A DNA stretch of 52,781 bases, the filler included, from Stramenopiles sp. TOSAG23-6 (taxonomy: Eukaryota), in the NCBI GenBank assembly GCA_900128565.1. It is 2 parts of 2 records of this genome, joined end to end, with 100 filler letters (N's around TTAATTAATTAA, not from the genome) between each part and the next. Parts side by side here need not be neighbours in the genome. Positions count along the whole stretch, not along the records: positions 26,597 to 52,781 come from LT635987.1; 1 more part is not named here. One strand, 5' to 3'. The notes under the pieces are model-generated. The model was not told where the DNA came from and did not search any database. It saw only the letters and a list, made by a program, of their open reading frames with translations. Positions 32,801-44,700 of this stretch are shown here, piece by piece (the stretch's first letter is position 1; each line of letters begins with the position of its first letter). Made by a program: the position numbers and the translations under genes.

Positions 32801-35800
32801 TTAACTGATAGCAGACTCAAAGTCATTCATCTCTAATTGGTCNGCCGAAAATCTATTCCCAATCCGATGAATGCTCCCATCTACTGTATATGATGTTTTA
32901 CGTTTTTGACCAACGTCAAATTTTGGTTTCCCTGTCATTTGATCTCTTTGGTTTTTTGGTGANGTAAAAGATTTAGTGCTTAACCTATTATTATTTTTAT
33001 CATTTCGCATAGATGATTTACTATTTTGATGATTTGTTGAAGTGTTATTGTCCAATAGAACAGGTAATAGTGAACCAAGACCGGAAACGATCGCCTGATC
33101 CTTTGCAGTTTTGCCAGCAACATCAAGACTCAGCATGAAATTATCAAATGCCTTAGAGGGTGATGGGGTCCTCTGACTGTTCTTTGTTTTTTTTCTGCGT
33201 TTAGCAATTGCTGTACGTTGTTTACGAATGATAGGCAGTCCTTCTCCTGGTCGCATACCAACATCATGAGCAGCTGGCGACACAAACTTGTTGTACTTGG
33301 TGTTAATACGAGGATTCCGTTGTCGACTTGCCATACCCCCACGAGGCGTATATTTTGTGTGCTTTAGAATAGAATATATGTTTTGGGTTTCACCTGGAAT
33401 ACCTATTTCAGAGAGGTATTTAGAAATTTCAAGAACTCGGCAAACTTGTTGCACTTCTTGTTGAAAAACAGGTTGAAGCAAATGATCGATAGCAGAATGT
33501 ATTAGATCCGTATTGTACCCTTGTCCAGNTTCCGCTAAAGCACAGAGAGCTTCAGCAGCACTGGAACCTGGAACCTTCGAGGTAACAATATGGACATCTT
33601 TGCGAAGGCGTCTCTTTGCTTCAGCGCCGTTACCTTTTTCATTAATACAACGATTTAGAAGCTTTGTCCAGTGTTGCTTAAATTTAGACCTTGAAGGAAT
33701 GTAACCATTTCGATAATACTCTACAAGATCTGCCTGCTTTGATACTTTAGATGTTAAACCAGGGTACAATATTATGGCAGAAGCCCATTCTCGAGCCTCC
33801 TTTTCTTTTGGGTCTTCTTGCAAATTCAAATCTCGGCGAATTATCCGGCATTGTTTGCGAGAAATAGCACCTCGCATTATGCGCTGCATTGATTTTGCTG
33901 CATCATGTTTACTCATCTTGCGGTATTTGCGCCGGCTCTGGCGCCCACGCGAAAGTTTCTGGATTTTTATCGCATTTTCATTTTCCCATTTGTGCTGTAA
34001 CTCGCGTGTAGTTATTTTCTTGGACTCAAGATCCAATTTTACTTGACGTGCAGCATGCCGTCGAAACGAACACTGTATTTCAAGTGCAGCTTTTTCCCTT
34101 TGCTTATTCATTTTTCTTCTTTCTCGTTTTACATGAGCTTGCATATCATCGTGCTTTTTTAATACGGCATCTATTTTTCCTTCATTGCTAGTGTACATTT
34201 CCTGCAATCTAGCAATAGTTCGTCTTTTCTTCTTTGATAATATCTTTTTCAAATCCGAGTCCATATTATTTCTTTGCATTGAGCCTCGAGCAANGCATTG
34301 TATTTTGATGGCTGCTTCTTCTCTCAACCATTCAGATTCCTCCTCTTCGTCTACAGGAAACTTATAATCTATATTTGGTTTTGTTAATTTGGTTTTGTCA
34401 ATATCGAATTTGAGACTCCATCTTTTGTCACGCCAGGATTGCAGAGTTGATAAATAATCGGGATTTATAGGTTTGTCACTTTGATCCCTAGCCAGCTGCA
34501 CACATTTCTCAAGATATTTGATTGATTTTTCATATTCTTGCATAGTATGGAGACTCAACGCGAACTCGTACAGAACATGAGGATCATTTGGAGATAAAGC
34601 TGCTGCAATAGAACGGCAATCTAGAGCAATGATATTATCTCCTCCTTTAGAAAAGTCTTCTGCAAAACGAGAAAATCCATGAGCACTCTTGCGCCAACCT
34701 TTCCACGAATTGGTGTTTCCATTATACTTATTTGCTTTAATCTTTGAAAATNTAGGTTTCCAAATGGAAGTGAGACCATCATCTTGCCATGGTTTTGATT
34801 TCATGGATTTGGGATTATCATTAGTATCTTGAACTTTGTGACGAGTGGGGTATATTTTTAATTCTTTGTTTCTTGCAATTAAAAAACATATGTGCAATGG
34901 TTTATAATCTTTCGGTGGATTAGACAATATATATGAAAAGTAGACTGCAGCCTGAGAATACATACCGAGATGTTGCATGATGGAAGCTGAAAGAAAAACT
35001 ACTTCATTAATTTTTGAAAATGACGGGAATTGTTTGATCATTATACTTAGAGTTTGCGCAGAGGCTTCAAAAGCACAAAATTGTAAATATAGACGGGCCA
35101 TTTCAAGCCAAAATGATGGGTTTGCAATATTCATCAATGCCTTTGATGCATATTTGTACGCGGTAAATGTAGCTTGTAGGCGTGAATTTGTTTGTTCTTT
35201 TTTCCACTCAACATAATGAGAGCGACCTAGCGCATGCCACACTCGACCAGTAGCAACGCTTTTATTTTCATCAATAGCGCGTTGAAATGTTGAAGCAGCG
35301 AGGTTGTAGTCCCCATCATTATACTGTTTAAATCCAAGAGAAATTAGCAGTTTGCTNCGCTGTTCAACATTTTTTGTCCCACATATATGTCGCTTCAGTT
35401 CAGATTTAGTCATAGTCACAGCAGTATCCCTTTTCGCAACGGCATCCTTTACCACACCCCACTTAGTTGATTGATCGATAAGATTGACAGCGAGTTTTTG
35501 TCGATTTAAAGTAATCTCTTCAACACCAATCATCTCATCATGTTTTGCCTTTTTTAATCGACTTACATTTAGATTACCGGAGTCACTTATGTCTACAAGA
35601 GGCTGAAGTTTTAGTGCTGGAATGGAGTCTCGGTTTCTTTCAATAATGAGGGCGGTGGATAATTGTGCATACATTTTCTGCCGGCGATAATGAAGCAAGT
35701 CACCCGCATCTTGTTGCGCTTGTGCAATCCGTTCATCTGAACCATTCTTAGCTGCAACTTGCACTTCAAGCTGTGCAGCCTCCACTGCTTCACGGAGTTG

Positions 35801-37582
35801 TTTCCGTTCCCCACGGATTTGAGTAGCATTAACTTCACACTGGTGTATTTTTTCTGAGGCTATAGCCATTGCTGCTTCAGCAGGTTTTCTAACTTCTTCG
35901 TGTTTTAATAATGCAGAAGTAAGGTTTTCAACCCTTGCTGTCAATGCTTCCAACGATTGTACAATTTCTTTATGTAATGTCTTCCCTGACATTCCAGTCC
36001 TTTCCAATTGATCTTTAGAATCATTATAGTCTGCGATCTGGCGATTGATATTTTTCAATTCAGCATTATAAGCCATCGATGTAGCTGTTGCAATATCAAA
36101 GGCTTTGGCGATATCGACAGAATTACTCTTCGCTTCTTCAACATCCTGAATAGCACGTTTCATTTCTAATTGNTGATCTTTAATGCTTTCTTCTGCAAGG
36201 TGCAGTTTCTGTTTTGCCTCATCAAAGGCATGTTTTGCATATTCCCAGTTCTGAGATGGTGCTTCTGCAAATGATAAAAGGTGATTCTTCTCTTTTGTTT
36301 CATATTCATGTGCACATGCTGAAAGACACCCAAAGAACTCAAATTTAGACAGATGTAATTCATATTTCATTCCAATTTGATCAGTAACAAATATTTTTAC
36401 AGAGGTACTATCGTTCTCTGATTCTTCCTCTATGATGAGTTGCATTGTGACCCAACACACACCTTCCCCTCTTATAATATGTTTATGGTGATACACACAT
36501 TTATCATTATGATGAGGTGGAACGTCGTCCTTATCAGATACCTTAAAGTTTATCGATGGAAGCATCAGCTGATTGGTATCTCTATTTTTAGTTATCTCAT
36601 TTACTTGTTTTATCCCATGCCATATATCACCTTTGCTAAATAATACTGCCTCTTTGATATCTGGATCATCAGCCCGTGATCTAAGTCGAATAAGATCTGC
36701 AAGGGTGTGAAGAAGAAGCCATCGATTTTCATGCCGACGGTCTTTTGATATACCTGGCTCAAGTAAATTGGGGTTTAATTCTTTCATGACATCATAAATC
36801 ATATCTTGTGGTATAGCTACTTCATGGCATCTATAGTCATCATCATGAAGAGTGAAAACTATTACGGGTTTAGACGTTTTTCTTTTTTTCCTTTTTTCTG
36901 TAATTTGCATTACAGTAATAACCATATGTAATTCCTCAGTCGAGCCTTGAACTTTGCGAGTTAGCTTACAAAGAGTATACTCTCCTTCAAGACGATCTAG
37001 TCCCCATAGCTGACGCTTATCTCCGTCATCAAAATCGGCTTCTTGACCTCGGAGTAGAAATGGAACTTCCTCTTCTGATCCAACTATGACCCTTTCATGC
37101 AATGGCATCAACGGCTCTTTCTTCCGACTAGCAGTTTTAGATAGTAAACTAATAACGCTTGATACACGCTTACGAGGTGGTATCAAAACCAGCNTCTTTT
37201 TATTTGGATTATTTCCTTTAGCACGTCTGAAGCATAGACAACAAGTAAGAAAATATAACATATGCCATCTCTTTGACACATCTAAAAGTTGAGGCTCGAG
37301 CTTTAACAAGTCTTCCACATCATAGCGAGAAACATCGACAGAATATTTTCGATAATATTCATCAGTTACAGTAAACTCTAGACGGTCTTTTACCTGACGA
37401 ATCACCACTTTCTGTTGAAGACCTACAATCATTCGAGCAACTGAAAGTAGTTCAAAGTCTCCATAAAAATTTTCAAGACTCCATGACCAGCGTGGGTCGT
37501 TCTTTGTAAAGGTTTTTACTGGAACTTCATCTTGATTATAATTACCAATTATTACACCTCCACAAATCATTGATGACGGCAT
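32801..37582 (-). CDS. Large coiled-coil/TPR/IQ-motif protein
   Basis: About 1590 aa, intronless. TPR-like helices (VWHALGRSHY, VLYEFALSL..EYEKSIKYLEK) and four IQ motifs (AAIKIQCxARG, AIKIQKLSRG). Confidence 0.8.
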   Translation of the reverse strand: MPSSMICGGVIIGNYNQDEVPVKTFTKNDPRWSWSLENFYGDFELLSVARMIVGLQQKVVIRQVKDRLEFTVTDEYYRKYSVDVSRYDVEDLLKLEPQLLDVSKRWHMLYFLTCCLCFRRAKGNNPNKKXLVLIPPRKRVSSVISLLSKTASRKKEPLMPLHERVIVGSEEEVPFLLRGQEADFDDGDKRQLWGLDRLEGEYTLCKLTRKVQGSTEELHMVITVMQITEKRKKRKTSKPVIVFTLHDDDYRCHEVAIPQDMIYDVMKELNPNLLEPGISKDRRHENRWLLLHTLADLIRLRSRADDPDIKEAVLFSKGDIWHGIKQVNEITKNRDTNQLMLPSINFKVSDKDDVPPHHNDKCVYHHKHIIRGEGVCWVTMQLIIEEESENDSTSVKIFVTDQIGMKYELHLSKFEFFGCLSACAHEYETKEKNHLLSFAEAPSQNWEYAKHAFDEAKQKLHLAEESIKDXQLEMKRAIQDVEEAKSNSVDIAKAFDIATATSMAYNAELKNINRQIADYNDSKDQLERTGMSGKTLHKEIVQSLEALTARVENLTSALLKHEEVRKPAEAAMAIASEKIHQCEVNATQIRGERKQLREAVEAAQLEVQVAAKNGSDERIAQAQQDAGDLLHYRRQKMYAQLSTALIIERNRDSIPALKLQPLVDISDSGNLNVSRLKKAKHDEMIGVEEITLNRQKLAVNLIDQSTKWGVVKDAVAKRDTAVTMTKSELKRHICGTKNVEQXSKLLISLGFKQYNDGDYNLAASTFQRAIDENKSVATGRVWHALGRSHYVEWKKEQTNSRLQATFTAYKYASKALMNIANPSFWLEMARLYLQFCAFEASAQTLSIMIKQFPSFSKINEVVFLSASIMQHLGMYSQAAVYFSYILSNPPKDYKPLHICFLIARNKELKIYPTRHKVQDTNDNPKSMKSKPWQDDGLTSIWKPXFSKIKANKYNGNTNSWKGWRKSAHGFSRFAEDFSKGGDNIIALDCRSIAAALSPNDPHVLYEFALSLHTMQEYEKSIKYLEKCVQLARDQSDKPINPDYLSTLQSWRDKRWSLKFDIDKTKLTKPNIDYKFPVDEEEESEWLREEAAIKIQCXARGSMQRNNMDSDLKKILSKKKRRTIARLQEMYTSNEGKIDAVLKKHDDMQAHVKRERRKMNKQREKAALEIQCSFRRHAARQVKLDLESKKITTRELQHKWENENAIKIQKLSRGRQSRRKYRKMSKHDAAKSMQRIMRGAISRKQCRIIRRDLNLQEDPKEKEAREWASAIILYPGLTSKVSKQADLVEYYRNGYIPSRSKFKQHWTKLLNRCINEKGNGAEAKRRLRKDVHIVTSKVPGSSAAEALCALAEXGQGYNTDLIHSAIDHLLQPVFQQEVQQVCRVLEISKYLSEIGIPGETQNIYSILKHTKYTPRGGMASRQRNPRINTKYNKFVSPAAHDVGMRPGEGLPIIRKQRTAIAKRRKKTKNSQRTPSPSKAFDNFMLSLDVAGKTAKDQAIVSGLGSLLPVLLDNNTSTNHQNSKSSMRNDKNNNRLSTKSFXSPKNQRDQMTGKPKFDVGQKRKTSYTVDGSIHRIGNRFSXDQLEMNDFESAIS

Positions 37583-37776
37583 CACAACTAAATAGATCAC
37601 AAAATAATCATGGGAATACTGTAATAAGTGAGCTTGTAGGATTTTATTGTGATGTACTATCTTCGATCCTAGAATTTCAATGTCAAATTGTAACTGTAAA
37701 ATCTTTTGACTAGTACTTACTGATCGATTTCGATCCCAGGATTTGAGATTTAACCTGATACACTCATTTGAATGTC

Positions 37777-38319
37777 ATGACAGCCTTCACTGGCGTGAAT
37801 TTACGACAGGGTGGTGGTTACTGGGAGCTCTCTGGACCTATGCCGATCAATAGATCTTCTTCCAGTTGCCGAGCTTGTAAAAAAGTTATTTACAAAAACT
37901 CGATGGTTATGGTCCGTGATGGACGAAAAATGCGTTTTTTCTATCACCAAGAGTGCTTCAGGGGTGATGCAGACCCAAGGACCCAATCGGGCGAAGGCAT
38001 TAATAGTACGTTTACAGATCCAAATTATAAAGAATATCACAAAGAATTAGCTCCAGATGTTTCAGGCCTAGAAAAAAATTTAAAGGTTTTCCAACCGGAA
38101 CCACCGGACGACGTTGGACACGGGAAGTGGTCAACAACTCGTGGATATCAACCTGTAGCTTCCTCCGTATGCTATATGGGTAAACATGGCGCAACAACAA
38201 CAACAAGACTCGTTAGAAGTTCCCATGTTGGTCCTAAAAACTCACCCACAAAAAATAAAACTCCTTCAAAAAATCGCAAAACAAAAACTACAAAGAAGAA
38301 AACTAAATTAAAAAAATGA
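37777..38319 (+). CDS. Small protein with PARP-type zinc-finger-like motif
   Basis: SSCRACKKVI...FYHQECF (CxxC...HxxC) and a basic tail. Confidence 0.65.
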   Translation: MTAFTGVNLRQGGGYWELSGPMPINRSSSSCRACKKVIYKNSMVMVRDGRKMRFFYHQECFRGDADPRTQSGEGINSTFTDPNYKEYHKELAPDVSGLEKNLKVFQPEPPDDVGHGKWSTTRGYQPVASSVCYMGKHGATTTTRLVRSSHVGPKNSPTKNKTPSKNRKTKTTKKKTKLKK

Positions 38320-38329
38320 CTGGAAAAGG

Positions 38330-39637
38330 TCAGGAGCGGAAGTCATCTGTNCTGCTCAAGTTTACATAATTATACCCTTTCTTACTATAGCTTAAATCAT
38401 CATTTTTATTTTTATTAATTGTAGGGTTATTAGAGTTAGGGTTAGGGTCAGATGATGCGATAGTTGGAGAGACTGATAACTCTGCGTCAATAGATTGAGC
38501 TAAATTATAGTGTAAAACACCAAAATTTGGTAAAATTTTCACTGCAATTTTGTATGAAATTGTGGCTTCTTTGTATCGTCCGATATCTTGCAATGCCACT
38601 CCCAAATTCGCATGGATTATGAAAAAATATTTCAAAAAAATCTAAAAAAATTTGTTAGGTACAAAATTTCGTATGAAAAAAAAAATCGAAATTGAATTTG
38701 AAAACGTACATGTCCTTCAGCTGAGTTTGGTAGAACTTTCAAAGCATCTTTGTATTGCTTTATTGACTCGTCAAAACGTCCCATATCCTTGTATATACCT
38801 CCGAGATTAATCATCGCTTCTGGAAAAGAATTAGATGAATCAATAAGGTTTGATTTTTTTGATTTTTTTGAGTTTTTTGAGTTTTTTGAGTTTTCCTTTT
38901 TTCTTATTTTAATTGCATTTTTCAGGTCTTGTGAAGCATTCAGTAACTCCCCATTATTCCTATATAGATTTGCCCGACGGAAAAGAGCATCTGGGAATAA
39001 TGGGTAAATGTCTATTGCTGCATCATAAGCCTCTAATGCAACATGGAAATCCTTTTTAGTTGTTTTGACAGTAGACCCCGTTGAAAGACTCACTGAAATA
39101 TTTCCAATATAGAAATGTAGTGCTGCTTTGAATGTATTTTGGAAAAATATTTCAAAATGTTTTTTTGTTAGGTACAAACTTTCGTACAAAAAATAAATTC
39201 GAAATTGAAAAAAAATAAAACATACATGGCACAAAAGTTTTGTACACTTTTCCATTACTCATAACATTAATGACAGAAACTGTATCAGGTGTATGTGTCA
39301 GATCATTATTGATCCGTGCAAGAATACCTTTATACACTGTAAGAGCTTTGGCTTCAAACCTAAGCATCTGATAACAATGACCAAGATTCCAAGATGCCAT
39401 AGAATAATTATGATGTAGATCTAATGAAACTTTGTATTTGCGTATTGCTCCTTGTATATCATTCAAGCTCTGTAATCTCACACCCTCATCAAAGGCAGCT
39501 TGGCCTTCGTTTAACTTTTTGTTTTGTGCTTTATCAACATTGATGGAACTCTTTTGTTGCAATAATGACAACACCATTGAAAAATACTTTGTAAATGATA
39601 ATACAAGCACCACGCATATAAATTTGAATCGTTGCAT
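38330..39637 (-). CDS. Signal-peptide TPR-repeat protein; exons 39637-39226, 39131-38710, 38611-38330 (C-terminus possibly chimeric)
   Basis: Several TPRs. Intron removal rebuilds a perfect TPR, PNSAEGH-ANLGVALQDIGRYKEA. Confidence 0.8.
38612..38709 (-). mobile_element. Non-canonical intron (98 nt, GT...CCAT)
   Basis: GGA CAT|GTACG...CATAATCCAT|GCG AAT TTG GGA. Confidence 0.87.
39132..39225 (-). mobile_element. Non-canonical intron (94 nt, GT...CAT)
   Basis: CCA T|GTATG...CAAAATACAT|TC AAA in frame. Confidence 0.85.
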
Positions 39638-40028
39638 TTCATTCAATTCTGCTTGTCTATACTAGAAAGATATATTTATTGAGAAGAAAACACTTAAAGA
39701 GTCAATCTAATTTCATCAAAACAAAAGAAAGAAGAGCATCGCGTTTATAAAATTTAAAAAACATTTTGACCTCTTGACCGACAACCGACGACGATGTCGT
39801 TCCAAAATTACATTTTCGATTTTATTTTCAGCTCAATTCAGTGCGAGTGAAAACCAATCAATCAAAAAATAGTTTTGCTCTTTTTGCTCTTTTTGCTCTT
39901 TTTTTTGCTCTCCTCCTCCTGGAGTCGAATTAACATTAAAGTTTCTCAAACTTATACACCATCTCATTACAGTTGGTTCGAATTTGAATAGATAGAAGTA
40001 TCATCAGAATTAGTGGTAGCTATAAATA

Positions 40029-40821
40029 ATGATGGAAGCTCGATTTCTCTCGCGTGTCTTTGCAAAGACAATAAATAAAAGGTTTGCAAAGCCAGCTCAA
40101 TTTAGCACCAATAGTACCTGTCTATGGTTGTCTTTTAGACAACGATTAGCACCCATAAATAATTTCATGTATCGTCGCCCTGTATTCACTTCAATTGTAG
40201 TGACAACAGTTAAAGCATGGGCTGCCGATTTAGTCATCCAGAAGGCTGTTGAAAACCGCGAAACTGTAGATTACAGACGGTCTGCTTTATTTGCTAGCTT
40301 TGGCTGCTTATATCAAGGATGTGTCCAATATTGGATATATAACGTTCTATTTGAGAAGAAGCTATTTCCAGGCAGAGCGCTTTCAATGGTGGTTAGAAAA
40401 ATTGTTGCAACGAATTTATTTGTTGATCCAATTCTTTTTTTTCCTATCTTTTACACCATGAGAGAAATGCTCAATACGGAATGTATTCGTGACATTAACG
40501 TCTTTTCGTGTTTCGAGAAAGCGATTGGAAAATATAGTGAAAATTTCTTAGACGATTGGTTCAATTCGTGGATAGTATGGGTCCCCGCCCATTGTGTGAC
40601 GTATACGGTTATTCCAGCTCATGTATGTTCAAAATTAAATTTCAAAATTGTTTTTTTCGTACCATATTTTGTACCTAACAAAACAATTGAATTTAAAAAA
40701 AAAAATTTTCATAATACATGCGCGAATGCCTTGGATCGCTGCGGTTTCTTTTGGGTATGTATGTATTTTGTCGTTTACTAGAGGAGATAGAGGGGGGGGA
40801 GAGAGCAAGACACGATTTTAA
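40029..40821 (+). CDS. Mpv17/PMP22 family membrane protein; exons 40029-40622, 40720-40821
   Basis: ADLVIQ..DYRRS..F..FG, WIVWVPAH..TY.VIPAH-ARMPWIAAVSFGYVCILS after intron removal. Confidence 0.88.
40623..40719 (+). mobile_element. Non-canonical intron (97 nt, GT...CAT)
   Basis: GCT CAT|GTATGTTC...TTTGTACCTAAC...CATAATACAT|GCG CGA. There is no AG anywhere in the element. Confidence 0.9.
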
Positions 40822-41058
40822 ATAAAGAAATAGGGTTAGGGTTTTTAAATAACAAAATAGCGTCGCTTGATTTTGGAGGGTTAGAGAAATAGAAATATTT
40901 AATATTCACTTATTAAGTTTTATGATGTAAATGCTTTACATATATAATATATAGTAATCTAGTTTATAAATACATTTGAAATGAATTAGCATTGAAGAAA
41001 GGGTATAATTATGTAAACTTGAGCAGNACAGATGACTTCCGCTCCTGACCTTTTCCAG

Positions 41059-41601
41059 TCATTTTTTTAATTTAGTTTTCTTCTTTGTAGTTTTTGTTTT
41101 GCGATTTTTTGAAGGAGTTTTATTTTTTGTGGGTGAGTTTTTAGGACCAACATGGGAACTTCTAACGAGTCTTGTTGTTGTTGTTGCGCCATGTTTACCC
41201 ATATAGCATACGGAGGAAGCTACAGGTTGATATCCACGAGTTGTTGACCACTTCCCGTGTCCAACGTCGTCCGGTGGTTCCGGTTGGAAAACCTTTAAAT
41301 TTTTTTCTAGGCCTGAAACATCTGGAGCTAATTCTTTGTGATATTCTTTATAATTTGGATCTGTAAACGTACTATTAATGCCTTCGCCCGATTGGGTCCT
41401 TGGGTCTGCATCACCCCTGAAGCACTCTTGGTGATAGAAAAAACGCATTTTTCGTCCATCACGGACCATAACCATCGAGTTTTTGTAAATAACTTTTTTA
41501 CAAGCTCGGCAACTGGAAGAAGATCTATTGATCGGCATAGGTCCAGAGAGCTCCCAGTAACCACCACCCTGTCGTAAATTCACGCCAGTGAAGGCTGTCA
41601 T
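41059..41601 (-). CDS. Duplicate of the PARP-zinc-finger-like gene
   Basis: Mirror of 37777-38319. Confidence 0.65.
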   Translation of the reverse strand: MTAFTGVNLRQGGGYWELSGPMPINRSSSSCRACKKVIYKNSMVMVRDGRKMRFFYHQECFRGDADPRTQSGEGINSTFTDPNYKEYHKELAPDVSGLEKNLKVFQPEPPDDVGHGKWSTTRGYQPVASSVCYMGKHGATTTTRLVRSSHVGPKNSPTKNKTPSKNRKTKTTKKKTKLKK

Positions 41602-41795
41602 GACATTCAAATGAGTGTATCAGGTTAAATCTCAAATCCTGGGATCGAAATCGATCAGTAAGTACTAGTCAAAAGATTTTACAGTTACAATTTGACATTG
41701 AAATTCTAGGATCGAAGATAGTACATCACAATAAAATCCTACAAGCTCACTTATTACAGTATTCCCATGATTATTTTGTGATCTATTTAGTTGTG

Positions 41796-44700
41796 ATGCC
41801 GTCATCAATGATTTGTGGAGGTGTAATAATTGGTAATTATAATCAAGATGAAGTTCCAGTAAAAACCTTTACAAAGAACGACCCACGCTGGTCATGGAGT
41901 CTTGAAAATTTTTATGGAGACTTTGAACTACTTTCAGTTGCTCGAATGATTGTAGGTCTTCAACAGAAAGTGGTGATTCGTCAGGTAAAAGACCGTCTAG
42001 AGTTTACTGTAACTGATGAATATTATCGAAAATATTCTGTCGATGTTTCTCGCTATGATGTGGAAGACTTGTTAAAGCTCGAGCCTCAACTTTTAGATGT
42101 GTCAAAGAGATGGCATATGTTATATTTTCTTACTTGTTGTCTATGCTTCAGACGTGCTAAAGGAAATAATCCAAATAAAAAGANGCTGGTTTTGATACCA
42201 CCTCGTAAGCGTGTATCAAGCGTTATTAGTTTACTATCTAAAACTGCTAGTCGGAAGAAAGAGCCGTTGATGCCATTGCATGAAAGGGTCATAGTTGGAT
42301 CAGAAGAGGAAGTTCCATTTCTACTCCGAGGTCAAGAAGCCGATTTTGATGACGGAGATAAGCGTCAGCTATGGGGACTAGATCGTCTTGAAGGAGAGTA
42401 TACTCTTTGTAAGCTAACTCGCAAAGTTCAAGGCTCGACTGAGGAATTACATATGGTTATTACTGTAATGCAAATTACAGAAAAAAGGAAAAAAAGAAAA
42501 ACGTCTAAACCCGTAATAGTTTTCACTCTTCATGATGATGACTATAGATGCCATGAAGTAGCTATACCACAAGATATGATTTATGATGTCATGAAAGAAT
42601 TAAACCCCAATTTACTTGAGCCAGGTATATCAAAAGACCGTCGGCATGAAAATCGATGGCTTCTTCTTCACACCCTTGCAGATCTTATTCGACTTAGATC
42701 ACGGGCTGATGATCCAGATATCAAAGAGGCAGTATTATTTAGCAAAGGTGATATATGGCATGGGATAAAACAAGTAAATGAGATAACTAAAAATAGAGAT
42801 ACCAATCAGCTGATGCTTCCATCGATAAACTTTAAGGTATCTGATAAGGACGACGTTCCACCTCATCATAATGATAAATGTGTGTATCACCATAAACATA
42901 TTATAAGAGGGGAAGGTGTGTGTTGGGTCACAATGCAACTCATCATAGAGGAAGAATCAGAGAACGATAGTACCTCTGTAAAAATATTTGTTACTGATCA
43001 AATTGGAATGAAATATGAATTACATCTGTCTAAATTTGAGTTCTTTGGGTGTCTTTCAGCATGTGCACATGAATATGAAACAAAAGAGAAGAATCACCTT
43101 TTATCATTTGCAGAAGCACCATCTCAGAACTGGGAATATGCAAAACATGCCTTTGATGAGGCAAAACAGAAACTGCACCTTGCAGAAGAAAGCATTAAAG
43201 ATCANCAATTAGAAATGAAACGTGCTATTCAGGATGTTGAAGAAGCGAAGAGTAATTCTGTCGATATCGCCAAAGCCTTTGATATTGCAACAGCTACATC
43301 GATGGCTTATAATGCTGAATTGAAAAATATCAATCGCCAGATCGCAGACTATAATGATTCTAAAGATCAATTGGAAAGGACTGGAATGTCAGGGAAGACA
43401 TTACATAAAGAAATTGTACAATCGTTGGAAGCATTGACAGCAAGGGTTGAAAACCTTACTTCTGCATTATTAAAACACGAAGAAGTTAGAAAACCTGCTG
43501 AAGCAGCAATGGCTATAGCCTCAGAAAAAATACACCAGTGTGAAGTTAATGCTACTCAAATCCGTGGGGAACGGAAACAACTCCGTGAAGCAGTGGAGGC
43601 TGCACAGCTTGAAGTGCAAGTTGCAGCTAAGAATGGTTCAGATGAACGGATTGCACAAGCGCAACAAGATGCGGGTGACTTGCTTCATTATCGCCGGCAG
43701 AAAATGTATGCACAATTATCCACCGCCCTCATTATTGAAAGAAACCGAGACTCCATTCCAGCACTAAAACTTCAGCCTCTTGTAGACATAAGTGACTCCG
43801 GTAATCTAAATGTAAGTCGATTAAAAAAGGCAAAACATGATGAGATGATTGGTGTTGAAGAGATTACTTTAAATCGACAAAAACTCGCTGTCAATCTTAT
43901 CGATCAATCAACTAAGTGGGGTGTGGTAAAGGATGCCGTTGCGAAAAGGGATACTGCTGTGACTATGACTAAATCTGAACTGAAGCGACATATATGTGGG
44001 ACAAAAAATGTTGAACAGCGNAGCAAACTGCTAATTTCTCTTGGATTTAAACAGTATAATGATGGGGACTACAACCTCGCTGCTTCAACATTTCAACGCG
44101 CTATTGATGAAAATAAAAGCGTTGCTACTGGTCGAGTGTGGCATGCGCTAGGTCGCTCTCATTATGTTGAGTGGAAAAAAGAACAAACAAATTCACGCCT
44201 ACAAGCTACATTTACCGCGTACAAATATGCATCAAAGGCATTGATGAATATTGCAAACCCATCATTTTGGCTTGAAATGGCCCGTCTATATTTACAATTT
44301 TGTGCTTTTGAAGCCTCTGCGCAAACTCTAAGTATAATGATCAAACAATTCCCGTCATTTTCAAAAATTAATGAAGTAGTTTTTCTTTCAGCTTCCATCA
44401 TGCAACATCTCGGTATGTATTCTCAGGCTGCAGTCTACTTTTCATATATATTGTCTAATCCACCGAAAGATTATAAACCATTGCACATATGTTTTTTAAT
44501 TGCAAGAAACAAAGAATTAAAAATATACCCCACTCGTCACAAAGTTCAAGATACTAATGATAATCCCAAATCCATGAAATCAAAACCATGGCAAGATGAT
44601 GGTCTCACTTCCATTTGGAAACCTANATTTTCAAAGATTAAAGCAAATAAGTATAATGGAAACACCAATTCGTGGAAAGGTTGGCGCAAGAGTGCTCATG

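Larger units (their letters stand above)
26597..38383 (+). repeat. Left arm of 11,787-bp inverted duplication
   Basis: Position x mirrors 79378-x. ORFs and N positions match in both arms wherever compared. Confidence 0.97.

Noticed and set aside
703..40719. Classical U12-type AT-AC introns
   Set aside because: No ATATCCTT donor or TCCTTAAC branch. TT-flanked copies and CC-ending copies do not fit AT-AC.
703..40719. Ciliate-like IESs excised from DNA
   Set aside because: The direct repeat and TIR are reminiscent, but strict sense orientation in all 21 copies, donor and branch motifs, and the standard genetic code favour RNA splicing. Not formally excluded without reads.
703..40719. CRISPR array or bacterial REP repeats
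   Set aside because: The repeats are dispersed within eukaryotic genes, with no regular spacers and no cas genes.
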